A stretch of 64,000 bases of DNA from contig QHUU01000056.1 of the NCBI GenBank assembly GCA_003222155.1, positions 4,675-68,674 of the forward strand, written 5' to 3'. Position 1 is the stretch's first letter. Each line of letters starts with the position of its first letter. The stretch is from Gemmatimonadota bacterium (GTDB taxonomy: Bacteria > Gemmatimonadota > Gemmatimonadetes > Gemmatimonadales > GWC2-71-9). A model generated the notes under the pieces. The model saw nothing but the letters and a program-made list of their open reading frames with translations, ran no database searches and was not told the DNA's origin. Of the stretch, positions 25,845 through 35,568 are shown in pieces. The position numbers and the translations under genes are program-made.

Positions 25845-28193
25845 CTAGCGCTCGCTCGGCGGATTGAACCCGTAGCTCGTGTTCTTAAAGACCGAGTCGG
25901 CCACCACCAGCGCCTGGGTCGCCAGATCCGGCTTGCGCTGCCGCAGCACCTGCGCCAGCGCCTGATACACGATGCCGTAGGTGGCGAGGATCGATTCCGA
26001 CGGCCGGTCCACCCAGCCGCGCGGCCGGAGACGCCCGGCGGCCGCGCGATGATACACGTCGAACGCGAGCGCTGTGGTGCGGGGAAGGTTGATGGCCCCG
26101 AGCCCGGGCCCGAGCGCTACGATGCTGTCCGATGCGACCAGCGGCTCCCGGTGCAGCTTGCGTGCGAAGCCCTGACCTTCCAAGTAATCGCTCAGGCCGA
26201 AGAGGTCGGCATAGGGGCCCACCGTGCGCGAAAAATAGATGGGCCGCTTGCCCATCTGGTCCTTGATGGCTTCGAGCACGATCACGTCGGCCCGCTCGAG
26301 ATACTGCCGGCCGAGCTGTTGCGGATCGAGCGACACGCTGACCCCGCCGAGGTTCACGAGTCGCTTCTGGTCGAGCCAGTACACGGGCTCCAAGTGCGCG
26401 AGCTGCTCGTCGGTATAGTCGAGCAGCCGGCCGGCCGGCTTGGGCCAGGCGCGCGCGCGATAGATCGACGGCGCCGCGGTCGAGTCGAACGTGGCGAGCG
26501 GCCGGCGCTGCAGCTGGCGCAGGTACCAGTCGGTGTTGGCGAGCGACAGGTTCACCACCGTCACGTCCTGACGAATGTGCTCCACTTCCTGCGCGTACCA
26601 CAGGGGGAAGGTGTCGTTGTCCCCCGCGGTCACGAGCACGCCGTACGGCTCGACCGACTGCAGCATGTCGTAGGCGAAGTCGCGCGCCAGCGTCTCACCC
26701 CTGCGCGACGCAGTGAGGTGGTTGCCCACGAGCGGCACCAGCGCGAGCAGCAGCACCGGAGTCGCCAGCAGCCAGCGCCGGGCCGGGTCGGGCTCCCGGG
26801 TCTCGAGCGACTCCGTCAGCCATTCCATCAGGGTCGCGAGCCCCATCCCGACCCACACGCCCCACAACGCGAACGAGGCGATGAAGAAATAGTCGCGCTC
26901 GCGCACCTCGTGCAGCGCCTGCGGCAGGTCGGGGCGCTGCGAGTAGCCGTACTTGAAGTTGAGATAGAAGATCAACAGCAGCGTGAGCGTCGCCATCAGG
27001 GTCGTCATGGCGACGGCCGTGCGGCGGTCGGCCTTCCAGTGGCGGTACGCGCCCAGCGAGCCCACGAACGCGAACACGACGGCGAGCGCCCCGCGCGCCC
27101 CGGTGGCCCAGTCGCGCCCCCACTGCCACGTGAAGTACTGGATCCACATGCCGATCTGCGCCTGGGGCGTCGCCTGGCGTTGCCACACGGGCGGCTTGCC
27201 GTACTGCTGGCGCGTGAGCACGTCCCATAGGGCCGCCTGTGTGGTGGGCTCGCCTTCGTTGATCGGCGGGAAGTGCGCCGCCCGGATCGGCAGGAACAGG
27301 TACACCGACACGCCCACCGCCGCCACCAGCAGGACCGCCAGCGCGAAGTCACCGTTGCGAGCGTAGGCGAGCGCGTACACCAGCGCCGCCGCGAACAGCA
27401 CGACCGCGAGCTTCAAGGGCGTGGAGCTCTCGAGCCCGCTCGCCACGATCAGCGCGTACGCGCTGCAGAACACCAGCCACTGCGACCACTCGACGCGCCG
27501 GGCCGCGAGCCCCCCAAGTCCCATCGCACGCTCCTGCTTGAGCGGCGGATACAAAAGCACCATCACCACCGGGCCGACCAGCACGCCCATCATGTGGTTC
27601 GTGGAGGTGAGCGCCAACAGGTACACGATCATCAGGAGATGGTGATCGTGCCCTTCGCCGGGGGGCTGATCGTCCCAGCGCACGATGAGCCACAGCACCA
27701 GCGCGATCGACAAGAGCGACAGCGTGTACACCTTCTCGTTCACCACCGACTGGTTCCACACGGTGAACGCGGTCGCCGCGCTGAGCGCGCCGGCCACCGC
27801 GGCCAGCCGCCGCGGCAGCCGGGCCGGAACCCAGCTCCGCATCCACCGCTCGCCCACCAGGAACCAGCACCCCGCCGCCACCGCGCTCGTCACCGCGGCG
27901 AGCAGGTTGATCCGCTCGGCATACGCGGCCGCGAGCGGCAGCAGGCCCCACGTGTGGGCGATCAGCGTGAACAGGGGATTGCCCGGGGGGTGCGGGATGC
28001 CGAGCACGTAGGCGGCGGCGATGTATTCGGAGGTGTCCCAGAACTGGGTGGTCGGGGCGAGCGTCGCGACGTAGAGGATCAGGGCGCCCAGCGCGACGCC
28101 CCCGGCCCAGAGGTAGGGCGGGCGCTCCACCTCGGGGGACAGCGCCGGTTGGTCGATTGTCGTGCCCAGCCGCGTCATCTGGTCGGTCGTCAT
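25845..28193 (-). CDS. DUF2723 (GT-C fold, TMEM260-like) polytopic membrane protein, paralog 1
   Basis: ATG 28193. LAPTTQFWDTSEYIAAAYVLGIPHPPGNPLF signature. Many TM helices followed by a soluble C-terminal domain. Confidence 0.85.
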   Translation of the reverse strand: MTTDQMTRLGTTIDQPALSPEVERPPYLWAGGVALGALILYVATLAPTTQFWDTSEYIAAAYVLGIPHPPGNPLFTLIAHTWGLLPLAAAYAERINLLAAVTSAVAAGCWFLVGERWMRSWVPARLPRRLAAVAGALSAATAFTVWNQSVVNEKVYTLSLLSIALVLWLIVRWDDQPPGEGHDHHLLMIVYLLALTSTNHMMGVLVGPVVMVLLYPPLKQERAMGLGGLAARRVEWSQWLVFCSAYALIVASGLESSTPLKLAVVLFAAALVYALAYARNGDFALAVLLVAAVGVSVYLFLPIRAAHFPPINEGEPTTQAALWDVLTRQQYGKPPVWQRQATPQAQIGMWIQYFTWQWGRDWATGARGALAVVFAFVGSLGAYRHWKADRRTAVAMTTLMATLTLLLIFYLNFKYGYSQRPDLPQALHEVRERDYFFIASFALWGVWVGMGLATLMEWLTESLETREPDPARRWLLATPVLLLALVPLVGNHLTASRRGETLARDFAYDMLQSVEPYGVLVTAGDNDTFPLWYAQEVEHIRQDVTVVNLSLANTDWYLRQLQRRPLATFDSTAAPSIYRARAWPKPAGRLLDYTDEQLAHLEPVYWLDQKRLVNLGGVSVSLDPQQLGRQYLERADVIVLEAIKDQMGKRPIYFSRTVGPYADLFGLSDYLEGQGFARKLHREPLVASDSIVALGPGLGAINLPRTTALAFDVYHRAAAGRLRPRGWVDRPSESILATYGIVYQALAQVLRQRKPDLATQALVVADSVFKNTSYGFNPPSER

Positions 28194-28209
28194 GCTCGCT
28201 CGTTTCGGA

Positions 28210-30399
28210 TCAGTTGCCGGCGGCGCGCCGCTCGGCCGGGAGGCCATACGTCGTATTGGCAAGGATCGCATCGCGCAGCTCCACCGCCCGCGCCGCGAGC
28301 GCCGGCTGTTGGCCCGCCAGCGCGGCGGCGATCGTGTCGTACACGAACACATAGCCCAGCAGGCTGTTCTGCGACGGCACGTCGACCCAGCCCCGTGGGC
28401 GCGGGCGGGCCGCCGGCTCGCCGCCCTGGTACACGCCGAACGCCAGGGCGCTCGTGCGGGGCACGTTCACGAAGCCGCGGCCCGGCAGCAGGCGCACGCT
28501 GTCGCTCGGCGCCGCCGGCCGGGGCAGCACGCGGCGCACGAGCCCCTCGCCCACCAGATAGGCCCCGAGGCCGAGCCGGTCGGCGTAGTTGCCGGTCGAA
28601 GCGGAGAAGTAGATCGGTCGCTTGCCCACCTCGTCCTTGATGATTTGCAGGACGGCCAGCTCGGAGCGCTCGAGATAGGGACGGCCCAAGACATTCGGGT
28701 CGAGGCTGACGGTGACCGGTCCCAGGCGCCCGGTGACGGCGTGCGGGAGCACCAGATATGGTGGGAGTGTGTCCGCCGGCCCGTCGAGGTAGAACCGGCT
28801 CATCCACGGTGACGCAGGACGCGGCCAGGTCCGGTCGCGATACAGCGCCGGAGCGAGGGCGGGCGCGAACGGCTCCGGCGGCCGGCGCTGGAGCTGGCGC
28901 AGGTACCAATCCGTGTTGGCGAGCGACAGCACGAGCACGCTCACGTCCTTCCGGACGCCCTCGACCTCCTGAGCGTACCAGAGCGGGAACGTGTCGTTGT
29001 CGCCGGCCGTCACCAGCAGCGCGTACGGGTCCACGGACTGCAGTACGTCGTGGGCGTAGTCGCGCGCCATGGTCTCGCCAGAGCGGGACGCGGTGAGCCG
29101 GTTGCCGACCAAGGGGACGAGCGCTGCCAGCAGGACGACCGCGGACAGAGCCCACCGTCTTGCCGGGAGCGCCTCCTGGATCCACGCCATCAGAGTCGCG
29201 AGGCCGATCCCTACCCAGATCCCCCACGCAGCGAACGACGCGATGAAGAAGTAATCCCGTTCGCGGACCTCGTGCTCCAGGCCGGCCGCGCTGTACGGCT
29301 GCGAGTAGCCCCACTTGAAGTTGAGGTAGAACACGAGCGCGACCGTCAGGGTGAGCATCAGCGCGGTCATGGCGACGGCGGCGCGGCGCTCGGCGCGCCA
29401 ATGATGCCGCGCGCCCAGGAGTCCCAGCGCCGCGAACAGAACCGCCAGGGCGCGCTGCACCCCCGCCCCCCAGTCTCGCCCGAACTGCCAGGTGAAGTAC
29501 TGCACGTAGTTCAACAGCTGTTGTCCATACAGGACGGCCGTGTGGCCGGGGTTGTCGGCCCCCGCCGGATACATCGGATTGTCGAGCACGGACGGCTTGC
29601 CGAACTGCTCGCGCGTGAGGACGGCCTTGAGCGCCGGCCACGTGGTCGCTTCGCCCTGGTTCATATAGGGGTCGAAGTGCGCCCGAATCGGAATGAAGAG
29701 GTTGACGCTCGTCCCCACCACGGCGACGAGCAGCGCCACGATGAGGAACCGCGGGCGCAAGAGCACCCGGGGATCGGTCGCGAGGACATAGACCAGGACC
29801 GCGGGCGCCACCAGGAGGCCCATCAGGTGGTTGGTCGCCGACAGGGCGAGCAGGTACACGATCAGAACGAGGTGGTGGTCGCGCCGCGTGGCCTCGGGCT
29901 CGTCGGCCCATCGCACCGCCAGCCACAGCACCAGTGCGATCGTCAGCATACTCAGGGTGTAGACCTTCTCGTTCACGACCGACTGATTCCAAACGGTGAA
30001 CGTCGTGCATCCCACGAGCGTCCCCGCCGTCGCCGCGACGCGTCGCCACCGTCCGGGCGGCACCATCGCTCGCAGCCACCGCTCTGCGATGAGGAACCAA
30101 ATGCCGGCAGTCAGCGCGCTGGTCGTCGCGGCCAAGAGATTGATCCGTCGGGCGTAGTCGCCGGCGAGCGGGAGCAGGCCCCAGACGTGCGCCAAGACGA
30201 TAAAGAAAGGATTGCCGGGAGGATGGGGGATTCCGAGCGCGTGCGCCGCAGCGATGTACTCCGAGGCGTCCCAGAACTGCGTGGTCGGCGCCAGCGTGAG
30301 CCCGTACAGCACGAGCGTACCGACGGCCACGAGACAGGCCCACAAGTAGGGAGGGCTCTCGGCACCGGCGGAGTGCGGGGCGGTCTGTGCGTCGCTCAT
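28210..30399 (-). CDS. DUF2723 (GT-C fold, TMEM260-like) polytopic membrane protein, paralog 2
   Basis: ATG 30399. LAPTTQFWDASEYIAAAHALGIPHPPGNPFF. About 70% identical to paralog 1 over the first ~100 aligned residues (hand count). Confidence 0.85.
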   Translation of the reverse strand: MSDAQTAPHSAGAESPPYLWACLVAVGTLVLYGLTLAPTTQFWDASEYIAAAHALGIPHPPGNPFFIVLAHVWGLLPLAGDYARRINLLAATTSALTAGIWFLIAERWLRAMVPPGRWRRVAATAGTLVGCTTFTVWNQSVVNEKVYTLSMLTIALVLWLAVRWADEPEATRRDHHLVLIVYLLALSATNHLMGLLVAPAVLVYVLATDPRVLLRPRFLIVALLVAVVGTSVNLFIPIRAHFDPYMNQGEATTWPALKAVLTREQFGKPSVLDNPMYPAGADNPGHTAVLYGQQLLNYVQYFTWQFGRDWGAGVQRALAVLFAALGLLGARHHWRAERRAAVAMTALMLTLTVALVFYLNFKWGYSQPYSAAGLEHEVRERDYFFIASFAAWGIWVGIGLATLMAWIQEALPARRWALSAVVLLAALVPLVGNRLTASRSGETMARDYAHDVLQSVDPYALLVTAGDNDTFPLWYAQEVEGVRKDVSVLVLSLANTDWYLRQLQRRPPEPFAPALAPALYRDRTWPRPASPWMSRFYLDGPADTLPPYLVLPHAVTGRLGPVTVSLDPNVLGRPYLERSELAVLQIIKDEVGKRPIYFSASTGNYADRLGLGAYLVGEGLVRRVLPRPAAPSDSVRLLPGRGFVNVPRTSALAFGVYQGGEPAARPRPRGWVDVPSQNSLLGYVFVYDTIAAALAGQQPALAARAVELRDAILANTTYGLPAERRAAGN

Positions 30400-30413
30400 A
30401 GGCTCGTCACCGG

Positions 30414-31958
30414 TCAGTGCCTGAACTGTCGGATGCCCGTGAACACCATCGCCACCCCCGCCTGATCGGCCGCCGCTACCACCTCGGCGTCCTTCACCGA
30501 GCCGCCCGGCTGGATGATCGCGCTTACTCCCGCCCGGGCCGCTTCTTCTACACCGTCCGCGAACGGAAAGAACGCGTCGGAAGCTAACACCGCCCCGGCC
30601 GGATCGTGCCCCTGTTGGCGCGCCTTGTGAATCGCGAGGAACGAGGCGTCCACGCGCGACATCTGGCCCGCACCGATACCGATCGCCGCCTGGTCGCGGG
30701 CGAGCAGGATGGCGTTCGACTTGACGACGCCCACGGCCGCCCACGCGAAGCGCAGGTCCCGCCACTCGGCGTCGGTGGGAGCGCGCCGGGTGACGACCTT
30801 CCACCCCGCTTCGTCGGCGGAGCGGGCCGCGTGGGATCGCTCCTGCACCAGGAACCCTCCTCGGATACGCTTGTAGTCCCACCCCGCCGCATCGCCTGCC
30901 GGCACCCGCACCACGCGCAGGTTCTTCTTGTCCCGGAAGACGCTCAGCGCATCGTCCGCGAACGCGGGGGCTGCCACCACTTCTACGAACAAGTCGCGCA
31001 TCGCCTCCGCGGCGCCGCGATCGACCGCGACGTTGAACGCGATCACCGAGCCGAAGGCGGAAGTGCGGTCGGTGGCAAGGGCGCGCTCGTACGCTTCCCG
31101 GGGCGAGCGCCCCAGCGCGATACCGCACGGGGTGGTGTGCTTGATGATGGCGCACGCCACGGCGTCTGAGCCGGCCCACGGCGCGACCGCCGCGACGGCG
31201 GCATCCACATCGAGCAGGTTGTTGAACGACAGCTCCTTGCCATGGAGCTGCTCCAGGTCGCGGATCCCGGGCTCGGGACTCGCGTACAGCGCGGCCGCCT
31301 GATGCGGGTTCTCGCCGTAGCGCAGCTCCTGGCGGCGCTCGAGGGCGAGCGTGATCCGCTCGGGCCATCCCGGCGTGTCCTGCGTCAGGTACGCGTGGAT
31401 CACGGCGTCGTAGGCGGCGGTGTGGGCGAAGACTTTGGCGGCGAGGTCCCTACGCAACCCCGGGCTTGCGCCCGGGGTGAGTGAACCTGTCTTCAGGGCG
31501 GCAATCACCACGGGGTAGTCGTCCGGATCGACGATCACAAGCACGTCATGGTGGTTCTTGGCCGCCGAACGCAGCATCGAGGGGCCACCGATGTCGATCT
31601 GCTCGATTGCCTGCTCGAAGGTGACGCCGGGTTTGGCGACCGTCTCGCGAAACGGATAGAGATTCACGGCCACGAGATCGATCGGCGTGATGCCGTGCTC
31701 CGCCAGCGCGGCGCGGTCGCCGGCGTGGGCGCGCCGGGCGAGCAGGCCGCCGTGCACTTTGGGATGGAGGGTCTTCACGCGGCCATCCATCATTTCGGGG
31801 AAGCCCGTGACGCGCTCGATCGGGATCACCGGGATGCCGGCCTGGCGCAGGGTGTCCGCCGTGCCGCCGGTCGAGACGATTTCCCAGCCGAGCGCAGCCA
31901 GGTCGCGGGCGAACTCGACGACGCCGCGCTTGTCCGAAACCGACAGCAGCGCTCTCAC
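30414..31958 (-). CDS. purH: bifunctional AICAR transformylase / IMP cyclohydrolase
   Basis: GTG 31958 overlaps the upstream stop (GTGA). [38 protein letters not shown]-terminal GIRQFRH. Confidence 0.95.
   Translation of the reverse strand: MRALLSVSDKRGVVEFARDLAALGWEIVSTGGTADTLRQAGIPVIPIERVTGFPEMMDGRVKTLHPKVHGGLLARRAHAGDRAALAEHGITPIDLVAVNLYPFRETVAKPGVTFEQAIEQIDIGGPSMLRSAAKNHHDVLVIVDPDDYPVVIAALKTGSLTPGASPGLRRDLAAKVFAHTAAYDAVIHAYLTQDTPGWPERITLALERRQELRYGENPHQAAALYASPEPGIRDLEQLHGKELSFNNLLDVDAAVAAVAPWAGSDAVACAIIKHTTPCGIALGRSPREAYERALATDRTSAFGSVIAFNVAVDRGAAEAMRDLFVEVVAAPAFADDALSVFRDKKNLRVVRVPAGDAAGWDYKRIRGGFLVQERSHAARSADEAGWKVVTRRAPTDAEWRDLRFAWAAVGVVKSNAILLARDQAAIGIGAGQMSRVDASFLAIHKARQQGHDPAGAVLASDAFFPFADGVEEAARAGVSAIIQPGGSVKDAEVVAAADQAGVAMVFTGIRQFRH
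31455..31482 (-). repeat. REP-like GNRA hairpin element, copy C, embedded in frame in purH
   Basis: Minus-strand reading ACTCA-CCCCGGGCGCAAGCCCGGGG-TTG, translated as [10 protein letters not shown] in the purH interdomain linker. Confidence 0.7.
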
Positions 31959-33049
31959 CAGCTCTCGGCGATCGCCCGGACCAGGTCCGCGAGGCTCGCC
32001 ACGTCCTTGAGATCGATCACCTCGGCCGGAGAGTGCGAGTAGCGGAGCGGCCAGCCGAGCGCCACGTCCACAACGCCGTAGGGCGTGAACATGGAGCCGT
32101 CGTTGCCGCCGTTGGTGGTGCCGAGCTGCAGCGCCACGCCGCGCGCGCGCGCGAGCCGGACGAGGGAGTCCACGTACGCCGGGGGCGTCACGGACGAGTT
32201 GTCGAGCGCGCGGGCCACGGGCCCCGCGCCGATCGGCGCCACCGCGAAGTTGGGCAGCTCGAGCGGCGAGTCGGCGGAGACGAACGTGTCGATCGCGTGG
32301 ACGCGGCGGGGAGCCGTCCCCAGCGCTGCGGCAGCCACGCCCGCTCCCTCGAGTCCGATTTCCTCGCGCACGCTCCAGATGAATATCACCTGGTGCTTCA
32401 AGGCAGCGCGGTCCAGGTGGCGCAGCGCGAGGAGCTGAGCGGCGTCGCCGACCCGATCGTCGAACGAGCGGCCGGTGGCACGGGTGCCGGTGAGGCGCAC
32501 GTATTGCTTCGGCATGGTTACCGTCGCCCCGGGGCTTACGCCCCGGGCCATGGTCGCCGCTCGAGACGTCGTCCCGAGGTCGACTCGCACGGGCGGCGGG
32601 GTGTGTCGGGTGAAACCGGAATCGCGCGGGATGAACACGCCGGCCACGTCGCCCTTGTCGGCATGGACCAGCGCCGGCTGGGCCTCGAACAGCGACGCGA
32701 TGAAGCCGCCCCGCGGCTCGAGCTCGAGCGAGCCGTCCTCGCGGATGGCGGTCACCCGGAACCCGATCTCGTCCATGTGCGCCACGAACACGACCAGCGG
32801 GTTCCCCTGACCGATGCGCACCCACAGGTTGCCCGCGCTGTCGGTCTCGCTCTTGGCCCACGCCGGCAGGAGGCGCTTCACCAGCTCGCGGACCGGGCCC
32901 TCCGCGCCCGAGACGCCATAGGATTCCACGAGGGGTGCCAGGACGGCCTGCGCCTCGGCGATCCGGGCCGAGTCTTGGGCGGACAGGCGGACGGGAGGAC
33001 CAGCGGACAGAAAAAGGAGCGCGAGCATGCCGTCTCTGACCGCCCTCAT
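31955..33049 (-). CDS. M42-family (TET-type) aminopeptidase with signal peptide
   Basis: ATG 33049 (ATGA overlap). Metal-ligand contexts are intact: FVAHMDEIGF, RSFDDRVG, SVREEIGLEG, HAIDT, RYSHSP. N-terminal MLALLFLSAGPPVRLSAQ. Confidence 0.85.
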   Translation of the reverse strand: MRAVRDGMLALLFLSAGPPVRLSAQDSARIAEAQAVLAPLVESYGVSGAEGPVRELVKRLLPAWAKSETDSAGNLWVRIGQGNPLVVFVAHMDEIGFRVTAIREDGSLELEPRGGFIASLFEAQPALVHADKGDVAGVFIPRDSGFTRHTPPPVRVDLGTTSRAATMARGVSPGATVTMPKQYVRLTGTRATGRSFDDRVGDAAQLLALRHLDRAALKHQVIFIWSVREEIGLEGAGVAAAALGTAPRRVHAIDTFVSADSPLELPNFAVAPIGAGPVARALDNSSVTPPAYVDSLVRLARARGVALQLGTTNGGNDGSMFTPYGVVDVALGWPLRYSHSPAEVIDLKDVASLADLVRAIAESW

Positions 33050-33927
33050 CTCCCCTCCATCCATTGCACCATCTCCCGCATCAGCTTGTCGACTTCGGCG
33101 AGCGCCACCGTCTCCACCGCCGTATCCGTGTACCGCGTGGGCAGGCTCGCGGTCTTGATGTCGTCGAACGGTCCGAGGAGCGCTTTCACTCCGGCGAGCC
33201 CCGAGTTGCCCGCGTACAGGCTCTGCACCGTGAATGCGACGACGACCGTGCCCCTCGTCCTGAGCTTGGCCTGTACCGCCGCGACGAGCGCCGCGCACGC
33301 GGCGCGCCGCCCGGCACCGGGGCCGGCCAGCAGCCGATCGCCGTACGGGAGCGGCCGCTTGGTGAGCGACACCGGCGCCAGCACCTCGACCCCGAGCGCC
33401 CGCGCTTCGGCGGCCGAGGCGGCGCCCACGTCGACGTAGGCGTTGTCCACGGTGAAGACGGGGTCGGGCGCGCCGGCCGCGACCCGCCCGCGCGTCAGGT
33501 GCGTCGACTTCACGGCGACCACGCCGGGCACGGGACCTTTCGTGCCGAACACGGTCACGCGATGACCCTCGAGCTGCTGGTCGAACAGCGGATAGGTCGT
33601 GCGCGCGCCGACCCTGCGCAACAACGCGTAGCCCTCGCCCGTGATGTTGCCCACGACGTAGCCGACCTCGTCGAGCGGGCATTGCAGCAGGCGCTTGGGA
33701 GAGCCCTGACCGAGCGTGACCGTGACGTTGCCGGCGCGATCGCGGGTGCTGCCGGGGAGCAGGGCGAGGAGCGAGTCGGTGATCGCCTGCTCGAGCCCCG
33801 TGACGGCGGTCATCGAGGCGAATCGGAGCGCCAGGCGGTCGAGGTCGCTTTGGGCTGACAGGTGGTAGGCTGGAAAGGCGGCGAGCAGCGCGGCCGCGAC
33901 GGCTCCCCTAGTCGATTTCGACGGCAA
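33046..33927 (-). CDS. M42-like protein with degenerate active site (probable pseudo-peptidase), signal peptide
   Basis: TTG 33927. Aligns with its neighbour but carries CPLDEVGY (His lost), GPGAGRRAA (Asp lost) and FTVQSLYAGNSG (Glu-Glu lost). Confidence 0.6.
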   Translation of the reverse strand: MPSKSTRGAVAAALLAAFPAYHLSAQSDLDRLALRFASMTAVTGLEQAITDSLLALLPGSTRDRAGNVTVTLGQGSPKRLLQCPLDEVGYVVGNITGEGYALLRRVGARTTYPLFDQQLEGHRVTVFGTKGPVPGVVAVKSTHLTRGRVAAGAPDPVFTVDNAYVDVGAASAAEARALGVEVLAPVSLTKRPLPYGDRLLAGPGAGRRAACAALVAAVQAKLRTRGTVVVAFTVQSLYAGNSGLAGVKALLGPFDDIKTASLPTRYTDTAVETVALAEVDKLMREMVQWMEGR

Positions 33928-34552
33928 GGTTATCTCCAGTGATGAAAGCCGCCCTCTTCGCGCAGAGCCGCACGGCCCGCTCCGGCACCCCCAAACGCGC
34001 CAGCGCCAGCACCGCGGCGGGCAGCAGGCGATGCTCCACCTCGAGCACGCGCGCGGCCAGGGAGTCGGGCGTGTCGTCGGCGCGAACCGGCACCGGCCAT
34101 TGCGCGAGGATCGGGCCCCGGTCGTACTCCTCGTCGACGTAGTGCACCGTCGCGCCCGACAGCGCCACGCCGCTCGCGAGCACCGCTTCGTGCACGCGGC
34201 GTCCGTACATTCCGTCGCCGCCGAACGCCGGGAGCAGCGCCGGATGGATATTAATCAGGCGCCAGCGAAATCGGGCGACCGCTGCGGGTGGGACGCGCTT
34301 CAGGTATCCCGCGAGGACGACCAGCCGGGCATCGCCCACCGCGCGAACGAGCTCGGCGGCGTCCGCGGGATCGGCGAGGACCGTCACGGGGACATCCGCC
34401 CGCCGCGCCCGCTCCAGCGCCGCGCTGTCCGCACGGCTCGACACGACCCGCGTAATGCGTGCGACCGCGGAGTCCCGCCCCAGGGCGTCGAGCAGCGCCT
34501 GGAGGTTGGTGCCGCCGCCCGAAACCAGCGCCGCCACCGGAACCGGCGTCAC
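33908..34552 (-). CDS. purN: phosphoribosylglycinamide formyltransferase
   Basis: GTG 34552 (GTGA overlap). VAALVSGGGTNLQALL, LINIHPALLPAFGG, YDRGPIL. Confidence 0.9.
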   Translation of the reverse strand: MTPVPVAALVSGGGTNLQALLDALGRDSAVARITRVVSSRADSAALERARRADVPVTVLADPADAAELVRAVGDARLVVLAGYLKRVPPAAVARFRWRLINIHPALLPAFGGDGMYGRRVHEAVLASGVALSGATVHYVDEEYDRGPILAQWPVPVRADDTPDSLAARVLEVEHRLLPAAVLALARLGVPERAVRLCAKRAAFITGDNLAVEID

Positions 34553-34980
34553 CGCGTGCAGGGCGCCAGCGCGGCGGGCTTTGGGCCCGCGGTCACGGTC
34601 AGGGTGAACGCCCCGGTCGCGCGCCGCTCGCGACTGGTCGTCACGATGAGGTAGTCCCCGGTGGCGGGGAATCGCACGGTGAGCCGCGCGTTGCAGCGGC
34701 CTCCCGAGTCGTCGTCCTGCGGCGGCGCCGTGCCCGCCGGCGGGCCGAGCAGGAAGACGTAGGCGTCGAACGCGGTGGACGCGAGATCGATCGTCACCGT
34801 CTCTCCCGCGCGGCCGCGGAGCCGCCATTCCTGCGCGTACGTGCTTTCGGCCGGGAGGACCGGATCGCGTCGCGTGAGGGAGTCGCGCACCGTGTCGCCC
34901 ACGGCGATCGTGCCGCGCGGCCGTCCTTGCGCGAGCGCGAGTACGACCACCAGTATCCCGATCCCTCGCCGGGGCTCCAT
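34549..34980 (-). CDS. small secreted protein (pre-peptidase C-terminal/PPC-like, tentative)
   Basis: ATG 34980. Signal MEPRRGIGILVVVLALAQG, then a beta-rich ~120 aa (ETVTIDLASTAFDAYVFLL...GDYLIVTTS). Confidence 0.5.
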   Translation of the reverse strand: MEPRRGIGILVVVLALAQGRPRGTIAVGDTVRDSLTRRDPVLPAESTYAQEWRLRGRAGETVTIDLASTAFDAYVFLLGPPAGTAPPQDDDSGGRCNARLTVRFPATGDYLIVTTSRERRATGAFTLTVTAGPKPAALAPCTR

Positions 34981-35001
34981 GGCGCCCGCAATCTGCGGGT
35001 C

Positions 35002-35568
35002 CTAGGCGCCGCGCACAATCTCGGCAGCCGCGGCCGCGAGGTCCGCCACGACGGGGAAGCCCAGCGCGCGCGCCTCGGCGACATGATCCGGGCCCTGCCC
35101 GGTGGACACGAGCAGGCCGTGTCCGCCCACGCTCAGAGCCCGCGCCGGCTCCACGTCGCTCAGCCGGTCACCCACCCAATAGCAGCGCGCGAGGCTCAAG
35201 TCGAGCGCGGCGGCGGCATCGCGGAACAACCGCACCCCGGGCTTGCGGCATTCGCACGGGCCCGTGATCTCGGGGTGGTGGGGACAGAAATACGCGCCGT
35301 CGAGCCGGGCGCCATGCGCCGCGAGGAGCTCCACGACGCGGCGCTGCACGGCGGCGTAGGCGGCCGCGTCGTACAGGCCGCGCGCGATCCCCGACTGATT
35401 CGAGACGGTCACCACGAGCCATCCCGCGTCGTTCAAGCGGCGGATCGCGGCCGCCGCGCCGGGGAGGACACGCACCTTGCCGGGCTCGTGCAGGAATCCC
35501 GGATCTTCCACGATCGTTCCGTCCCGGTCGAGAAACACGGCCCGGTGAGTGGCACGCGCTTCAGCCAT
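35002..35568 (-). CDS. gmhB: HAD-IIIA phosphatase, D,D-heptose 1,7-bisphosphate phosphatase-like
   Basis: ATG 35568. FLDRDGTI, SNQSGIARG, and the zinc motif CPHHPEITGPCECRKP. Confidence 0.8.
   Translation of the reverse strand: MAEARATHRAVFLDRDGTIVEDPGFLHEPGKVRVLPGAAAAIRRLNDAGWLVVTVSNQSGIARGLYDAAAYAAVQRRVVELLAAHGARLDGAYFCPHHPEITGPCECRKPGVRLFRDAAAALDLSLARCYWVGDRLSDVEPARALSVGGHGLLVSTGQGPDHVAEARALGFPVVADLAAAAAEIVRGA

Noticed and set aside
32527-32547. Palindrome CCCCGGGGCTTACGCCCCGGG inside the M42 peptidase gene as a sixth REP copy.
   Set aside because: It has a different loop (CTTACG), lacks the conserved ACTSA flank, and encodes the ordinary GVSPGA segment of the peptidase. It is probably a coincidence of Pro/Gly codons.
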